Shown: positions 11,856-26,436, counted from the first letter of the stretch. The stretch: 64,000 nucleotides of DNA from Antedon mediterranea (GCF_964355755.1 NC_092671.1:22766070-22830069), one strand, 5' to 3'. The notes: generated by a model not told the origin, from the sequence alone. A program made the numbers and translations.

Positions 11856-12544
11856 ATGTAGCCTCCTCGTCGGGGAGTCCTCCCCCCCCCCCCACCTCGA
11901 GGAACGCGAGTACTTTTCGTCGGGGAATATAATATACAGTAAAAATCATTGGCGTTCACTTCGTAGCTTCAGCGCCTAGAAAACCGCGACGTTCCACTTT
12001 TTTTAGTACGTACGTCGGAGGGCTATTACACTTTATATGCATGTATTACTAACAAACAATAGGTACGTACTTGTCTGGCAGTGTCCCTTTGTACGAATCG
12101 TTTAACATTTGGCGTGATATCGTGTTCCATCCAGGAACCAGAAAGTGTACTGTAGTTTCCAGGTGAACTTTACCGAAGCGTTACGTCGTGTACTGTGTAT
12201 CGACGTACGCTATACAGCAAAGGGGTACGAATTTAATTAATTTACAATTAACCCTTTGTACCGTGGGGTACCTAAAATAGACGTTTCACTGTAGGCTCGC
12301 CTACATTACTAAACAAAAACCATGCCATTTTGCGTTTAGCCAACATCTTATTGTAATAGCAAGTTATTACATTTCCAATGTCCTGTATGTCATGAACTGC
12401 TCCTCGTACATCGAAATTCCAGATTCATATCTGGGAAATAAACTGATTTCCCCTACGCTTGCGGACGCATTCCCTTCCAAATAAAAGGTAAAAAGGTCAC
12501 TTTTTTAGGCCTCTATGCCTGAATTTTTTAAGTGTAAGTGTAGT

Positions 12545-14135
12545 TTTTGAAGACTTGTAGCTCTAGTTTTCAAAATTGTCTTAGCTCAACCATCCAAATT
12601 ATAGAGCTGGTCATGGATACTTATATATTTCATTTCATATTTCAATGTACAATGTACAATATACAGTTGGTGAATTGTCTGGGAACCTAGAGCTCTCTTT
12701 TTTTTTCCAATTTTGTTTATATACATGGTAGGGCTGGTTCTGGAGACGTACCGGTATATTTTGTTTTATGATTCAAAGTATAATAAGTTAAATTTCCGGG
12801 ATCTAGCAACTCAATTTTTCAAAATGTTCTTAGCTCCACCGCAACCATGGTGGGCTGGTCCTGTAGACCTATAGTTTCGTTTCATATTTCAATGTTTTGC
12901 AGGGACCTAGCAGCTCTATTTTTCACAATTTTTTTAGATTTACCCAACCATCCATGGCGGGCTGGTCCGGGTGTCACGAAACCTAAGACCACGAAAGCTC
13001 AGACCCCCTAAGACCTAAGATCACGAAAGCTAAGACCCAACACCTAAGATTACAAATACTAAGATATACTACAGATTAAAAACAATACTTGTTTATCCAT
13101 AAATAATTTTAAACACAGTAGGTTTCATTTATTACCATAAATATAATTTAATACTACCGCAAAACATAGATAAACTCACATTATTTTCGCCCGTTGAGTA
13201 AATGTATATTTTTTCTTTACAACAAACAAACTTGACGGGTTGTTTGTTGGTATATATTTACTCCATTGTGTTGGTTCAGAGGATGTTTTTCTTACGCACC
13301 TGCCTTTCTTGTATTTTGACTCCAAATTTGTTGACTAACTTTATCCTGAACACCACACTTTAAAATTAGGACGTATAAGTACTTTCAGAAGGAGAAACAC
13401 ATAATAACAAATAAATAAATCCTTTAAATTGATGATTTTACAGATGTGTTTCTTTGTATACTGTAATGTAACTCCTCGAGCTCCCACCATGCTCAATGTT
13501 TTTGTTTCTATGGAGCGCCAAAAGAGCAACAATAATAGTACAAGCATAAAAACAGAAAGAAAACGAAACAAAAAAACTTATCATGATTTTTAAATTAAAA
13601 TTTATTTGCCAGTATATATTTCTTCGTACTTGCATGATTATGCTATTATCATTACAATTTTAATTTTACATTGTTCCATCCACACTGTAGATGGACTCCA
13701 CAGAGTTTTCAGCCCTCTATATAATTTTTGCTCTTTTGACGTTCCATAGAAACAAAAACATTGAACATGGGGTAGGCCTACTGTAGTACTGTATGCTAGT
13801 CATTTTGTGTGCGAGAAAAACGTCTGTAAAATCATCAATATTAAAATGTATTTGTTAATTTTTATGTGATTCTTTTTCATGAAAGTGCCAATTCTAAGGT
13901 GTGGTATTCAGAATAAATGTTGGGAGTTAAAATACAAGGCAGGTGCGAAAGATAAATATTTGTAATCTTAGGTCTTGGGTCTTAGCTTTCGTGATCTTAG
14001 ATCTTAGGGGGTCTTCGCTTTCGTGGTCTTAGGTTTCGTGACACCCGGGCTGGTCCTTATATAATTTCGTTTCATTTATCAATATGGGCCTATATAAGTG
14101 CAATTTCCAGGTACCTAGCAGTTCTATTTTACTTT
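12545..14135 (+). repeat. Degenerate ~110-130 bp tandem repeat interrupted by a transposon
   Basis: Recurring GGACCTAGCAGCTCTATTTTT...CATGGTGGGCTGGTCC...TTTCGTTTCATATTTCAAT units on both sides of the 12969-14046 insertion. Confidence 0.6.
12969..14046. mobile_element. MULE/foldback-like non-autonomous element
   Basis: ~90-bp TIR GGGTGTCACGAAACCTAAGACC...; perfect direct repeat GGGCTGGTCC at 12959-12968 and 14047-14056; further degenerate inverted arms ~13290-13540 / ~13720-13955. Confidence 0.88.
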
Positions 14136-14379
14136 TTTTTTTTCAGGTAAAATAACTATTATGTGACAATAAAATGACACATTCAAAAACATTTGAAATA
14201 AAAAATATTTTTCAATAAGCGAGCAGCGTTTTTTGTAAGAAATATTTCTTGTTTATATTTGTATTTTAAAATAATGTATATAGTCTGTATATAGGGTATA
14301 GTGCAGTGCAGCTCAGGTTTCGAAATGAAATGTACCGCAGAACTGGCACAATATATAGGCTGAGCCAGGTATGCGGGAC

Positions 14380-15308
14380 GCGATTTTTTTTTTCGTACAT
14401 AAGTTGGAGACCCCCTCATGAAACGTCACAAAATAAACATGAATAATTCATCAGTTAAATTTTCTTGTTCCGTGTGCACCCAAGCGACAAGAAGTGATTA
14501 CACAAGTGCGGTACGATTCTAGGCCTATCTCCGCTGTTGTTGTTGCGGCGTGCGATTTCATAGAAGAATAGCGGCGTTTTGTGTGGATTGTCGAAATAAT
14601 CAGCCTTTAGTTTATGGTGTTTTTAATATAATTTATTACTAAAGAATTACGTGTTAAAATTATAGTTTCTATTAATACTATGGCACAATACTATTAGGCC
14701 TAATTATTAGTCTCTAAACCCATGTCTATTCTAGTAGTAGCTGTGTGGGTGTGTGTGACGTGTGTGTGTTAGGTATGACCAAAGATAGTGTAACTATCCG
14801 AGTAATAAGTCAGCAAAATTAAACAATAATCATTACACAAAAATACATTTTTTATTCTCGTGGGTCAAATCTTCCCATCTCATGTGTTCATATACGCGCA
14901 TTTTTAAAGTTCCTTTGAGTACATGCATATTGTTTAATAATAAAATAGCAGAATTAAAAAAATACAGTACACAAATTATACACATACATTCTTTATTCTT
15001 GTGGGTCTAAGCTTTCTTTGGGCTATGTCCAATGAATTGCTACTTAGTTTAATGTCTTGCCTAGCTGTCGATTAGCCTCGACTCGACACATTTTGTGTGA
15101 AGAAGAGTGCGCGAAGGCAATCACGTGAATTGACTTAGAATCCTAGGCCTACTGTAGAAAGTATCGTATCGCAGTTGTGTAATCACTTCTTGTTGCTATA
15201 CGCTTGGGTGCACACGGAACAAGAAAATTTAACTGATGAATTATTCATGTTTATTTTGTGACGTTTCATGAGGGGGGTCCCCAACTTATGTATGAAAAAA
15301 AAAATCGC
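14380..15308. mobile_element. Element with ~150-bp inverted arms (unclassified MITE/foldback)
   Basis: 14380-~14527 is the reverse complement of ~15145-15308 (CTCATGAAACGTCACAAAATAAACATGAATAATTCATCAGTTAAATTTTCTTGTTCCGTGTGCACCCAAGCG); exact termini and TSD unresolved. Confidence 0.75.
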
Positions 15309-15949
15309 ATGCGGGACATGGTACACTGATTATGAACACAAAGGGTGCACAAGCTCAACGAGCGTGCTTTGCAAAATGCTAATATTATTCACAACAAAAA
15401 TGCACCATTTCGAAATAAAGAGTGCTCTACAAAACAACATACTTATATGTATATAGCAGAACGTAGAGGAGCGTAATATCCAATCTGTTGTAATGATTAA
15501 GTTGTAATGTGTTTTACAACAATATATAAACCCCAAAAAAAGTGAGAATAACAATGAAATAGTTATTATTATTATTATTAGAAATAACTGTATTAATCTG
15601 TTGAAGAGGAATTGAATAAATAGTGGTTAACGCCACAAAAGAGAGAGAAAAAAAAAGATATACTGTATATAGGCCTATATTTTTTATTAACTCCTTTTGC
15701 ACTGTAATATTTATAGTAAAATTATGAAGTATAAGTAAATTTGAAGAATGTATCCTGTGTACTGTTGTAGTAGTATTTTTTATTTATTGAATGTTATGTT
15801 TACAAAATAATATACTTTACTACAAATACTATTGCTTTATAATAAAAAAAAATCTATACAACATCATTTTACAAGCTGGACAGGAACATATTGCATTCAT
15901 ATTTTTAATTCTAATGTAAGACGATAATGCAATTTTTAAATAGTTTTAC

Positions 15950-16131
15950 ATTTTTAACAGTTTTTTTTATATTTTTAACCTTTTATCTTGTATTTTAATC
16001 TGTTATAATTCTGCACGTTTTAAATTGTTGCAACATTTTTTATGTGTGTTTTTTATTGTTGTTTTAATCTACCAAGCAAAGTGAATTTCCATTTTTATGG
16101 ACAAATACAATTTCTTGAATCTTGGATCTTG
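15950..16131 (+). mobile_element. Probable LINE 3' UTR remnant
   Basis: AATTTCC...GGACAAATACAA followed by CTTGAAT/CTTGGAT/CTTGA short tandem tail. Confidence 0.35.
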
Positions 16132-16753
16132 ACCGAATGCAGCATCATAAATATTTTTCTTGCAATATCCAATCATATTCCAATACCGAGTCTATCATTA
16201 GTTGTCTTCATGAAGTAAGAATGTGACCTCTGTTTCATCAGCTCAACGTCTTTAAATAAATTTTTTTAAACAATGATGTATAAATAAGTTTTGAGTAAAA
16301 GCGTCACAACAGGGCGCTTCGCGTAAGTCAGCGTTTACAAATGGCGGAAATGAGTACTTGTCCAGGGCCGTCGTCGTCGACACTACCTGTTAAATGACGC
16401 CCCCGGTGACCTGAAATGGTACTCTGTCGCACATAAAATTCATGATAAATGGTACCTCTAATTTGAAGAAAAAGACGCTATGATATGTAGCGTGCTACCA
16501 ATAAGTAAAACGATCATACCTTTTCCTCCGGTAAACACACACGTAATTAAAGGACGATAACATGTTGTTGCCGATGATATCATTTACTCAGCATTTTGTT
16601 TTGATTGCGTTCCGTTCAAGTTCAATGCGAACGTACGCAATATTTAACATATCCTGATGATGATACATTATACTTCATAGCCACACATACTGTAGGTAAC
16701 CAAGGCGTTCCATGTTTGACGTATATACACTTCTAGCGAGGCATACGTAGTAG

Positions 16754-18022
16754 CAGTGGCGTATCCAGGATTTTGAAGTTGGGGGGGGGGGGGGGGGCGG
16801 GAATTGCCAATTTGCCGACAAAATTGGTGTCATTATCTGTACATACACGACGTCTCTGATCAATATGTTCTAGGATTACATAGTCATATTGTCTTATATG
16901 GGATAACGATGCAAAATTAAAATCAAACCAACATTATATGTTAGTATGTTGTATTCATATTACAATAAAGAAAGAATTAGGTAAATCTGATTTGTAGTTT
17001 TCGAAATATAGGGTCTAAAACATCGCCAAAAATGATCGTTTTTAGCCACGAAAGAAGTAAAACAATTTGCGGCCTCAGTCGACAATTCTATTAACTACGC
17101 CGTTTTTGGTTAAAATAATTACATATAATTACGTTTTTTAGTAATTTATTTTATATATCACCATTGGAAATATCAATAAAACATGTTATTAAATGCTTAT
17201 AAAATATATAAAGTTGTTTACTTAACGGAATTCGGACAAATTCATTGCTCTAACTTTGTGTAGTAACGATCAGAGAGATCCATGGTACACGCGCGAGAGA
17301 AAACATTCCGCTGCGGGTGATTCGCATCCACCAATCAAATCAGCTAGAATCCTAAATCATTCAACCGTGAGCAATGCCAATCGCGAGAAAGCTCAGCTTT
17401 GATTGGCTTACGATGACATCATATCACAAAATGGTGGTTTTGTAGTTGAGCCTCACGGAATATTCTGTTCCAAAAATGAAATACATGGATATTTTTTATG
17501 GTATATGACGTGCTTTTTCTTTAAAAATTTTGAATAATAAAGGCCTGATATCGAGAAAAAAACCCGGGTTTTTGGCACTTATAATAATTAATAAATATAT
17601 CTTAGACAAAAAAGCACATGGCATGTGGAACTATATAATCTCTTAGCGTAGGAAGACATACAAATTCCAGGTCATGAGAGGCTCAACTGCATGCAAAAAC
17701 AAGGTTTAAGGGTAAAGTCAAAGACTTTTGAGTAAACAATCTACCGCGTACGGCCGTACGTACGTGCTACACATTTTGTACGTGTTTAGTTAGATGTAAT
17801 GAAAATAAAAAATAGTTGATCTGAAGGGATCAATGATGATATGATATGTAAATAAACAAACACTCAAAAGAATTATGTTTACAGTTCAATTATTGTCAGA
17901 ATAAATAGTTTATTTTTTTTCCCGGCACCTTTGTTTGCCGACGGCCGCGATGATGTGTCGACGGAAACGAAATCAGGGGGGGGGGGCCCCGCCCCCCCCC
18001 CCCCCTACTGGATACGCCACTG
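16754..18022. mobile_element. hAT-like non-autonomous element
   Basis: 15-bp perfect TIR CAGTGGCGTATCCAG / CTGGATACGCCACTG; 8-bp TSD CGTAGTAG / CGTAGGAG; subterminal poly-G/poly-C. Confidence 0.88.
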
Positions 18023-18064
18023 CGTAGGAGTCTATCCTTTGTACGAATCGTTCGTGTCCAGTTC

Positions 18065-18648
18065 AATTCAATTCAATTCAATTAAAACTTTATTATCCCC
18101 ATGGGGAAACTCTGTTGGCCTTTTCAAAAGTACAGTACATACAAATATAAAATGGATACAGTACATAAAATATAAAATACGATAAAAAAAAAGCCATACA
18201 AAATATACATATAAAATCCTAAAAAGTCGATTTAAAATACTACAAAAAATAAAACTAGCGCATAAAATACGATTATACGATTATATAATGAATGATATTA
18301 TCATTCATTATATAATCGTATAGCGGCAGGGACGAATGAATTGCCATGTCTATTTGTTTTAATTTTTCTTTGAAGGAGTCTGTCACAACGTTGACTTTTG
18401 TTAAATTTATAGTGCAGAGGATGAGCGTGGTCTTTTAAAATAATTTTCAATTTTTTAATTACTAATTCCTTATATAAAACTTCAGGTTGAATTTGTTCAT
18501 AGCCTACTATTCTACTGCCTTGTTTAACTATTTTATTAAGTAAAAGTCTATCTTTAAAACGTGAATTACCATAATAACATATTAGGCAAAAACTAAGTAC
18601 ACTGTTTAAGATAGAAGTATAAAAAAGGTGTAAAATAGTACGGTCAAT
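18065..18648 (-). mobile_element. 5'-truncated Rex1/Babar-like LINE 3' end
   Basis: C-terminal peptide FYTSILNSVLSFCLICYYG...HPLH...SFVPAAIRLYN* (stop at 18301); AATAAA plus (ATTGA)n tail; flanking direct repeat CAGTTC at 18059-18064 and 18649-18654. Confidence 0.8.
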
Positions 18649-19936
18649 CAGTTCGCTGTATGAGTACGATACACGCGTCGGTATCATGTTACATCCAGGG
18701 ACCAAAATTCAATTCATTAGCAACGTATTCGGACAACTACCCCCCTGGACAATTACCACCTGGACAACTACCATCCGGACAATTGCCCCCATAGGACAAC
18801 TACCCTCTAGGACAACTACCCCCTAGCACAACTACCCCCCAGGACAACTACCCTTTTAGGACAACTACCCTCCAAGGACAACTACCCTCTAGCCCAACTG
18901 CTATGCCCCTAGGACAACAACACTCTTTGAACAACCACACCTATACCATGACACCTACACCCTAGGTTATAATTACGATCTTGTAAAACTTGCTGAACTT
19001 CAAAACATAGGGAGAGAGATTGATCTTAAATGAAAGCTTTTGAATTTTCGCGCCGCGGCTCTAGCCAGCTATGTCCCAGGAGGACACATTCCTTAATAAG
19101 CTGTTTCATAGCGGTAGCTTTAGTATCTAAGGCTGACAGTTTTGTGAATTTGGAAACCCGACTATAATTTATAGGTAGCTGCTGGACCCAAAAAAACGTC
19201 TGGGAGAAGAGAGTCTATATGAAAGCCTTTGCTGATAATACAGTATTATTGAGATGTAGACGGAAATATGTAAAATCTTGTTCAATAAATAATAACTTCG
19301 TTTTTGCTGTCAACCAGGCCGGTATTATAATAAGTCACTGTCAAATAATCATTCGATAATGGTCAAAACTTTATTTTGGCTCTGTCAACATAAAGGGAGG
19401 TATTTACAATGACTTTCTTTTGACTGTCAATCTAGGCCAATGTTATAATAATATGCCGTCAGATATTAAATCATTGAAACAGTCCTACTAAATTTTTTTT
19501 TGGTTATCATATGCCGTGGTGGGGTCCAATCAATTATCGTCAGAAGGTGAACAATCAGTCTAGGTAGCAGCAGCAGATTATTAGGAACGCCTGCTCCATT
19601 AATTAATCCAGAAAAAGGTTTGTACATTATCTATTTGTTTATTAGCCTTCTCATAACACAATTATATTTTCTTTAAAAAAAAGGTTTTATAAGTGGTTTC
19701 AACATTTATGATAGTAATGTCACAGTTCTGTGTCTGGACGCAAGTTCATAGACCTACTAGTTATATTATTCATATTAACTGATACTTACTCTTCATTTAC
19801 CGTAAAGTTCAGTTTTAATGAAATATATAATATAAATTGGCTTCGTAACAACTAATTAGTGTTGAAAAGGTTAGTTTTTTGGTGATAGGTGAAAATGACA
19901 TGTAACTTCGTAATCAATTTATTTTTTTTTGTATAA

Positions 19937-20290
19937 AGGCCCAATTACACTATGACGATAACGACGGACGATAAATATATAGCATGCATTTTTGTTACAT
20001 AAACCAAAAGAAATTAGAAAGGTTTTCGTTCTAGACCTATAGGATAATCATTTATGCTGTCTTTGATAAAAATAATGTTTTTCAAATTCCAATCAAATGA
20101 CGTCATGATAAATAAAAACAATAACATCGCTGTATTGTCACGATATTATTGGTCTTACTAATCATGACGTCATTTGATTGGACGTGTGAAAATATAATTT
20201 TCATCAAAGTAATTGTTTATATTTCTTTTGGTTTATGTATTAAAAATGCACATTTGTCTATTTATCGTCGATCGTTATCGTCCTGGGCCT
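19937..20290. mobile_element. PIF/Harbinger-like palindromic MITE
   Basis: AGGCCCA...GACGATAACGACGGACGATAAATA / TATTTATCGTCGATCGTTATCGTCCTGGGCCT; TAA/TTA context; related copy at 29510. Confidence 0.6.
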
Positions 20291-20599
20291 TATGCTGTAA
20301 ATGTTCAATTAATTGATCATTCCGATTTTATTAGTTGGACGCTTGCACAGTTGCTATCTAATCGTTGTTGTGTAATATCATTTCGAACCATATTAAAATC
20401 ATAAAGAGATTCATATTCCTTAACATGTGGCTGTGCATGGAAGTCCGGTCTACAAAAACTCGGGCCCGGGATCATTGTTATTGGGCCTGAAAGTGTTGGG
20501 GAATTCATAATTATACTTAATATTATATTTATATATATATATATATATAATTATATTATTATACAATTGAAAGCAAAACCCGTTGAATCTCAAATCATT

Positions 20600-21672
20600 A
20601 GGACTAGAAATTTGGCTTATCAATCAAATAAATACTTTCGTTCAAAATGAAACTCCACCCTAAATAATCAAAAGATTGAACTCGAAAACGGACCGTTTTT
20701 TTTTTTATTGGGTATGTTGAAACATTTCAATATTAATTATGGTATTGATCAGTGGCTATAGAGGCGTAAAAACCCTTGGTCAATATCATGTAAAATGCAC
20801 TGTCATTATTAAGACTGCAAAATTGGGCTTATCAACAAATAAATACTTTCGTTCAAAATGTAAAATCAAGGCTGAAAAATTGGGCTTATCAACAACAAAA
20901 TATTTTATTATTAGATGCGATAACATCAAGGATAATCAGTATAATTATTAATAATAGCCACTGTTACTAGTGTTATTCTACATGCTAAAGTAAATAAAAA
21001 TCCACTAGAAAACAAACAAGTCTGAATGTTATGCTTATTAGCCATGTTATGTTTGTTACTGTAGGCCTATGATTGTTTGCAATGTCCACATATTATTTCC
21101 GTGGGCATATCCATAGTGTATCACTCACAAAAAAGACGTGTGAGGTTCTTTCTTTAGATTTTGAAGAATGATTTGTGTTACAGGTTGACACATGAGTCAA
21201 ATGCTCAAGATATCGGCTAACGCCATGGGACCCTTGGCTTATCAATGAATAATAAATACAGTACTACTTTCGTTCAAATGAAATCGGAATCTGACCGTTT
21301 CATTAAATTGGGTGTGATTAGGCCTAAACATATAATAATTTATTAAAAAGGTACAATAAAAACAAATGCATCAGAGGCGTAAAGAACCCACGGTCAATAT
21401 CATGTAAAATGTATATGGTATAAGCACTTAGGAAGGGGTCATTATTATTAAACTGGAAAATTCGGCTTATCAACAAATAAATACTTTCGTTTAAAATGCA
21501 AAATAAGACTGCAAAATAGGGCTTATCAACAAATAAATACTTTCGTTCAAAATGTAAAATAAGACTGCACAATTGGGCTTATCAACAAATAAAATACCTT
21601 TTTTTCAAAATGTAAAATTAAGACTGGAAAATTGGGCTTATAAACAAATAAATACTTTTTTTCAAAATGTAA
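20600..21672 (+). repeat. Dispersed-tandem ~55-bp repeat
   Basis: Multiple copies of AAATTGGGCTTATCAACAAATAAATACTTTCGTTCAAAATGTAAAATAAGACTG, contiguous at ~21455-21672. Confidence 0.8.
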
Positions 21673-22406
21673 GAAAACATTTTTTAAATATAATCCTTAA
21701 GCTCTGTCTATACTATCAAACTAAATATGATGTGACCATATTATATAGACATGACGATGTCATATCACTACGATATTCGGGCATATCACTACCATATTTG
21801 GGCACATCACACTTTTTTTGTTAAACTAGTTGGGACAGTGTAGACACAGAACTATGTGTTCGAAACATAAGTCGGAATTGGACTGACGCGATTGATTTAA
21901 TTGGGTATTTTTATTAATGTAATGATTCATTAAAAACCGATACGCGTTTTGTATTGATCAATGGTGCAAAAAAAACCTGAGAAATAATGTTATAACGCGA
22001 TTTGGTGATTGCTTAGCAATAATACAACCCATACTATTATTATAAATACCTATTACAAATCCATTCATATAACTTTTCATCGCAAACCGAAAATGTATAA
22101 ATGTTATTCTACAGACAGTAATTATATATTCAAAAGCCATATTATTATTATTATTATCAATACCTAAATGCGATAGTAATAACCACATAAACATACATTA
22201 ATTCCCAATACAAGTGTGTGCGTTTAAATCTAGAAAGAAACGACTGTGCTGACAGGCCAATGACATAAATCACAAGTAAAGTCCCAATTGTTCACTTGCG
22301 TTTTGATTGGCCGACCTATTATATTAGATTAATGAAGACTGTTCTTACAACTGTCCAGTCAAAAAGTTACGCGGCGTTTTTTGTAAGAAATATTTCTTGT
22401 TTAATA

Positions 22407-23366
22407 CTAGATGGTACGCTCGCTTCGCTTGCGTACCATCTAGGTCGTGTCCACAGATGATTCTCGAATACACAGTAATTTCAGTGTAAAAAATGTACGT
22501 ACCGCAGGGCTATAGTACATTTTCGTTTACAGAAACGAATAAATAGATACGATGATTTATATTTAAAATTAGCACCCTAGTCCAATTTTTGTATTTGAAC
22601 TCATTTAAACAAACCCAATTTGTGTTTTGTATATAATATAACATTAGAGTTGAGGGATGGGGAAGAGGATGGAAGAACAATTTTTAAATATATTCTCTTT
22701 CCACTCAGTAACGAAATATTGTTTTAAATGTTTTATAGGCCTATCAATAATATACCACTAAACACAGTAAAACATTTACGATTTATAATATACACCACTA
22801 CGACGTTTATATTTTTTTTACAATTATTAATTAATACAACCGCTGAGAAGCAACTGTCAGTAATCTACCCACAGTCACAGTAATAAATGTTCTTTTAAGA
22901 CAATTTCGATTCAAATGGCGACCAAAAATGGTTAATACGTACAGTATTTACAATATTGTCAAAGTATTGCAATACTATAAGTTTGATTCTCCAAGGGCCT
23001 ATAAATTTCCCTACTTGTGTTAAACCAAGGGCTCATAAATTAATAAACGTATATTAAATCTATCAAAATAGTATTTTTAAAGAAAATCGGCCCGTCTTCA
23101 ACATTATGATACTGTACTCGAGCTGTTCAACCGGTTTTCAGCTATTAAAAACAATTATCGTAGGAGGAGATAGGAAAATGCAAAATATCCTCGTATTATT
23201 GTATGCAGGAATCCATTAGACAGTGTATACCACAATCGGAAAACGCCCCTATTTGGGGAAAATCGTTGAACCTAAATTTGTTTTAATTGACTTTAATTTA
23301 ATAACTAATTATCAAACTAAATTTAATTAGTAATGAATTTTGCCGTTACGTAAATTTATATATAGA
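22407..23366 (-). mobile_element. Non-autonomous canonical Helitron
   Basis: On minus strand starts TCTATATATAAA (23366), ends CTAG (22407), lies between host A and T, no TSD; 13-bp-stem hairpin CTAGATGGTACGC...GCGTACCATCTAG at the 3' end. Confidence 0.8.
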
Positions 23367-25109
23367 TGCGTATCGTCAGCAGTTATTATACATTAAACGA
23401 GAATCAATCAAATTATTAAAACGTATTCCAATCTTGAAAAATAAAGGGGTGGGTTTATTTTATTCTTGTGTGACATGAAGATGCCGTATATAAATCTAGT
23501 AACATACAGTTTACCTAGCTGCACCAGTCAATCAAAGAGTCTTTCATTTAAGATCAATCTCTCTCCCTATGTTTTGAAGTTCAGTAAGTTTTACAAGATC
23601 GTAATTATAACCTAAGGTGTAAGTGTGGTTGTTCAGAGAGTGTTGTTGTTCTAGAGGGGTAGTTGTCCTAGGGGCATAGCAGTTGGACTAGAAGGTAGTT
23701 GTAAGATAGTGGGACTGGAGCAGCCCCTTAATATCGATAAAATTGGCCCGATTTTGTTCTCTCTTTTCTTTTTCAAAACAAATGTTTTACCGTAAGAGCT
23801 TATGTTATATGATGGAATATTGGTTTGGCTGTTACTACTTCATAGAAGAACTTTAATTGATTTGTTTTTGACAGTTTATCCCCACTCCTGAGAAAATAGC
23901 ATTTTTAGAACCTAAAGAATAATTATCCATGATGTGTATATGACTTAAACATTTCTAATTATTTAATTTAATTCCAATTCGTATTCTAGCAAAGAACCTC
24001 CTAATGTTACTTTACATTAAAAAAACCTACACTATTAATCAATTGATTACATTACACGATTTGAAAATCAATCTCTCCCCCACCCCACACCTCGTTTGAC
24101 AGGTTCATACATTTCTTAGTCTTCCTATAATGAAAACATTAGCTAACTGCGCCAATTGAGGAAATCGTTGTTCATATTTTGTCCTAGAAGTTTTAAACAA
24201 AATAGATATCGCTACACTTATTACAAAATAGACTAAAAATCTTAGGTACATACGTCGATATTTTAATAATTTCACGTCAAATATTGTTAAATGTTAAATG
24301 TATGGTGTGGTACAACGCCCTCGTAGTCCCCTCTTCCCACACAATTTGATTTTACAATACAATTGGCAACAAAAGAAGCAGCTTGTTAATGTGTTTACCA
24401 ATTGTAGTTGTCCAAAGCTGTAGTTGTCCTATGGGTCAATTATAATTTTCCTAGTGGGTAGCTAGAGGGTAGTTTTCCTAGGGGGTAATTGTCGTAGGGG
24501 GTAGTTGTCCTAGGGGGTAGTTGTCCTAGGGGGTAAGAGGGTAGTTGTCCGGGGGGTAGTTGTTCTAGGAGGGTGATTGTCCGGGTGGTAGTTGTCCAAA
24601 GGGGTAATTGTCCTAGACCCCATTAGCAACTCTGCACGCACAGATTTTTAAGTTCGCCAACTTGGTAATAATATAGACAATACTCACACAGATAATACAA
24701 CTGAATAACCGATACTTGAGGTATAACAATAATGTAACTAACTATGTAACAAAGCAAACAGTAACATTCGTAAAGGGAACAACAACGAGAGGTCTCGTAT
24801 GGAGCGCCGGAACGCCGTACGTGATATAAATAAAGCTTTCTGTTTTTCGTTTTCTTTTTTACAAATATCAATCAATAATTATATTTTAATACTTTCATAT
24901 TCTTATTTTTTTTCAGAACTATCCCTATCATCAATCTGTTGTTTGCTACGAACCACCTGTTAAATGAAGACATCAAGACTGGTAATTGAGGTTAACATGC
25001 TAGGGGCCCCAAATTAAGCTCTTGTTCTGAATCAAAGAGGCACAAAGGTAATGTTAATGCGAGTTTGGCATAGAGAACTTAACAGTGTGGTGTGTTGACT
25101 ACGAAAGAC

Positions 25110-26436
25110 TGAAAGCAATTCAGATTAATATGAAAGGATGTGGCTAAAAATGAATATTAATAACAAACCTTTTTGTATTGCTGTTTTATATTTCTCGTCG
25201 AGGGAGTTAACCAAGAGTTGACTGCAAAATTATATAATCAATTCTTATTAGAAATCTTAAAGATAGAAAATATTAACGAAGAGGATGACCCCTCTATCCT
25301 CATAATAGGCGATCTTAATGGTCGGATAGGCAATGCAATTGTAAATGGTGATAGAACTTTGAATGGAACAAATCTACTATTATCTACTATTATAGTATTG
25401 CTGCCTGCAGATTTGCAGAAGGGAAAAACACCTATATGGCCTTCCTGGACTTTGACAGTGTATGGCGAGAAGGGCTACTAAAAGCTATATGGAACTGTGG
25501 TATACCAATATCTAGGAGTGCTAATATCAAGAAATTTATGTGAACATCCGCATATTGACAATGTTGTTAAAAAGGGTAATAGATTAGTTTCATATGTTAA
25601 ATCTATAATTCTGTTTGGACCGGAGGGTCCAATTCAGATATTGAGAGACTGGAACGGCTTCAAATGCAGAGGGCACTATATATTTTAAAAGCACCAGTGT
25701 ATACACCCAAAGTGGCCTTATATGGAGATTTAGGATGGATACCCTTAACCGTATCTTATAACATATTACAACTAAAATTCTTTGAACGTTTAGTCGGGTT
25801 AAATGAGAAACGATGGCCCAACCTATTGTACAAGACTATGCTTAATTACAACACAGAAGAATTACGGTTTAAATTCCTTAGTTGTGTACGAACCACTTTC
25901 TGTAGATTTGAATGCATGCATATTTTTAACAATGTTATTAAAAATCACACTACGGAAAATTGGTTTAATTTACTGAAACAAAATATTTTAGATAATCAAT
26001 GGTCAGAGGACCTCGAATCTAAATCGTCGCTATCTTCTTATGCAATGTTAAAATCAAAGCCGAATCTTACTTGATAAAACAAATTTTAAATGTGTCCGTG
26101 TCAAATGATGGTCTCTGTTCAATATGTAACTCTGGAAATATAGAGGACATATCTCACTTTTTATTTAGTTGTGATGCATTACAATGTGTAAAAGAAGAAC
26201 AGCTAAATATACTTAAACGAGACTTAATTTATCATAGTTAGTTATATATCGAGTTAGATGTTTGGGAAACGTTCTGCACCAGTAACAATGACAAAAAAAT
26301 GTTATATGTTCTGGAGAAGGATACACTTCCCCTCAGTAATAATGTTCTATTGTGTCTTGACAAATTTTGTATAGTATATCGAACAAGATCATGGAAAATA
26401 CGAAACAATCTTATACAACTCGCAGATAGCATGTGA
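25110..26436 (+). pseudogene. Heavily deleted LINE ORF2 (AP endonuclease piece, post-RT region, C-terminal CCHC), RTEX-like
   Basis: IIGDLNGRIG, YQYLGV, ALYGDLGW, and manually read CSICNSGNIEDISHFLFSC near 26116-26172; RT core missing. Confidence 0.75.

Larger units (their letters stand above)
18725..24620. mobile_element. 5.9-kb MULE/foldback-like composite element with GGACAACTACCCC subterminal repeats
   Basis: Direct repeat CATTAGCAAC at 18715-18724 and 24621-24630; GGACAACTACCC repeats on the left, GGGTAGTTGTCC on the right; ~18880-19040 is inverted at ~23540-23700. Confidence 0.85.
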
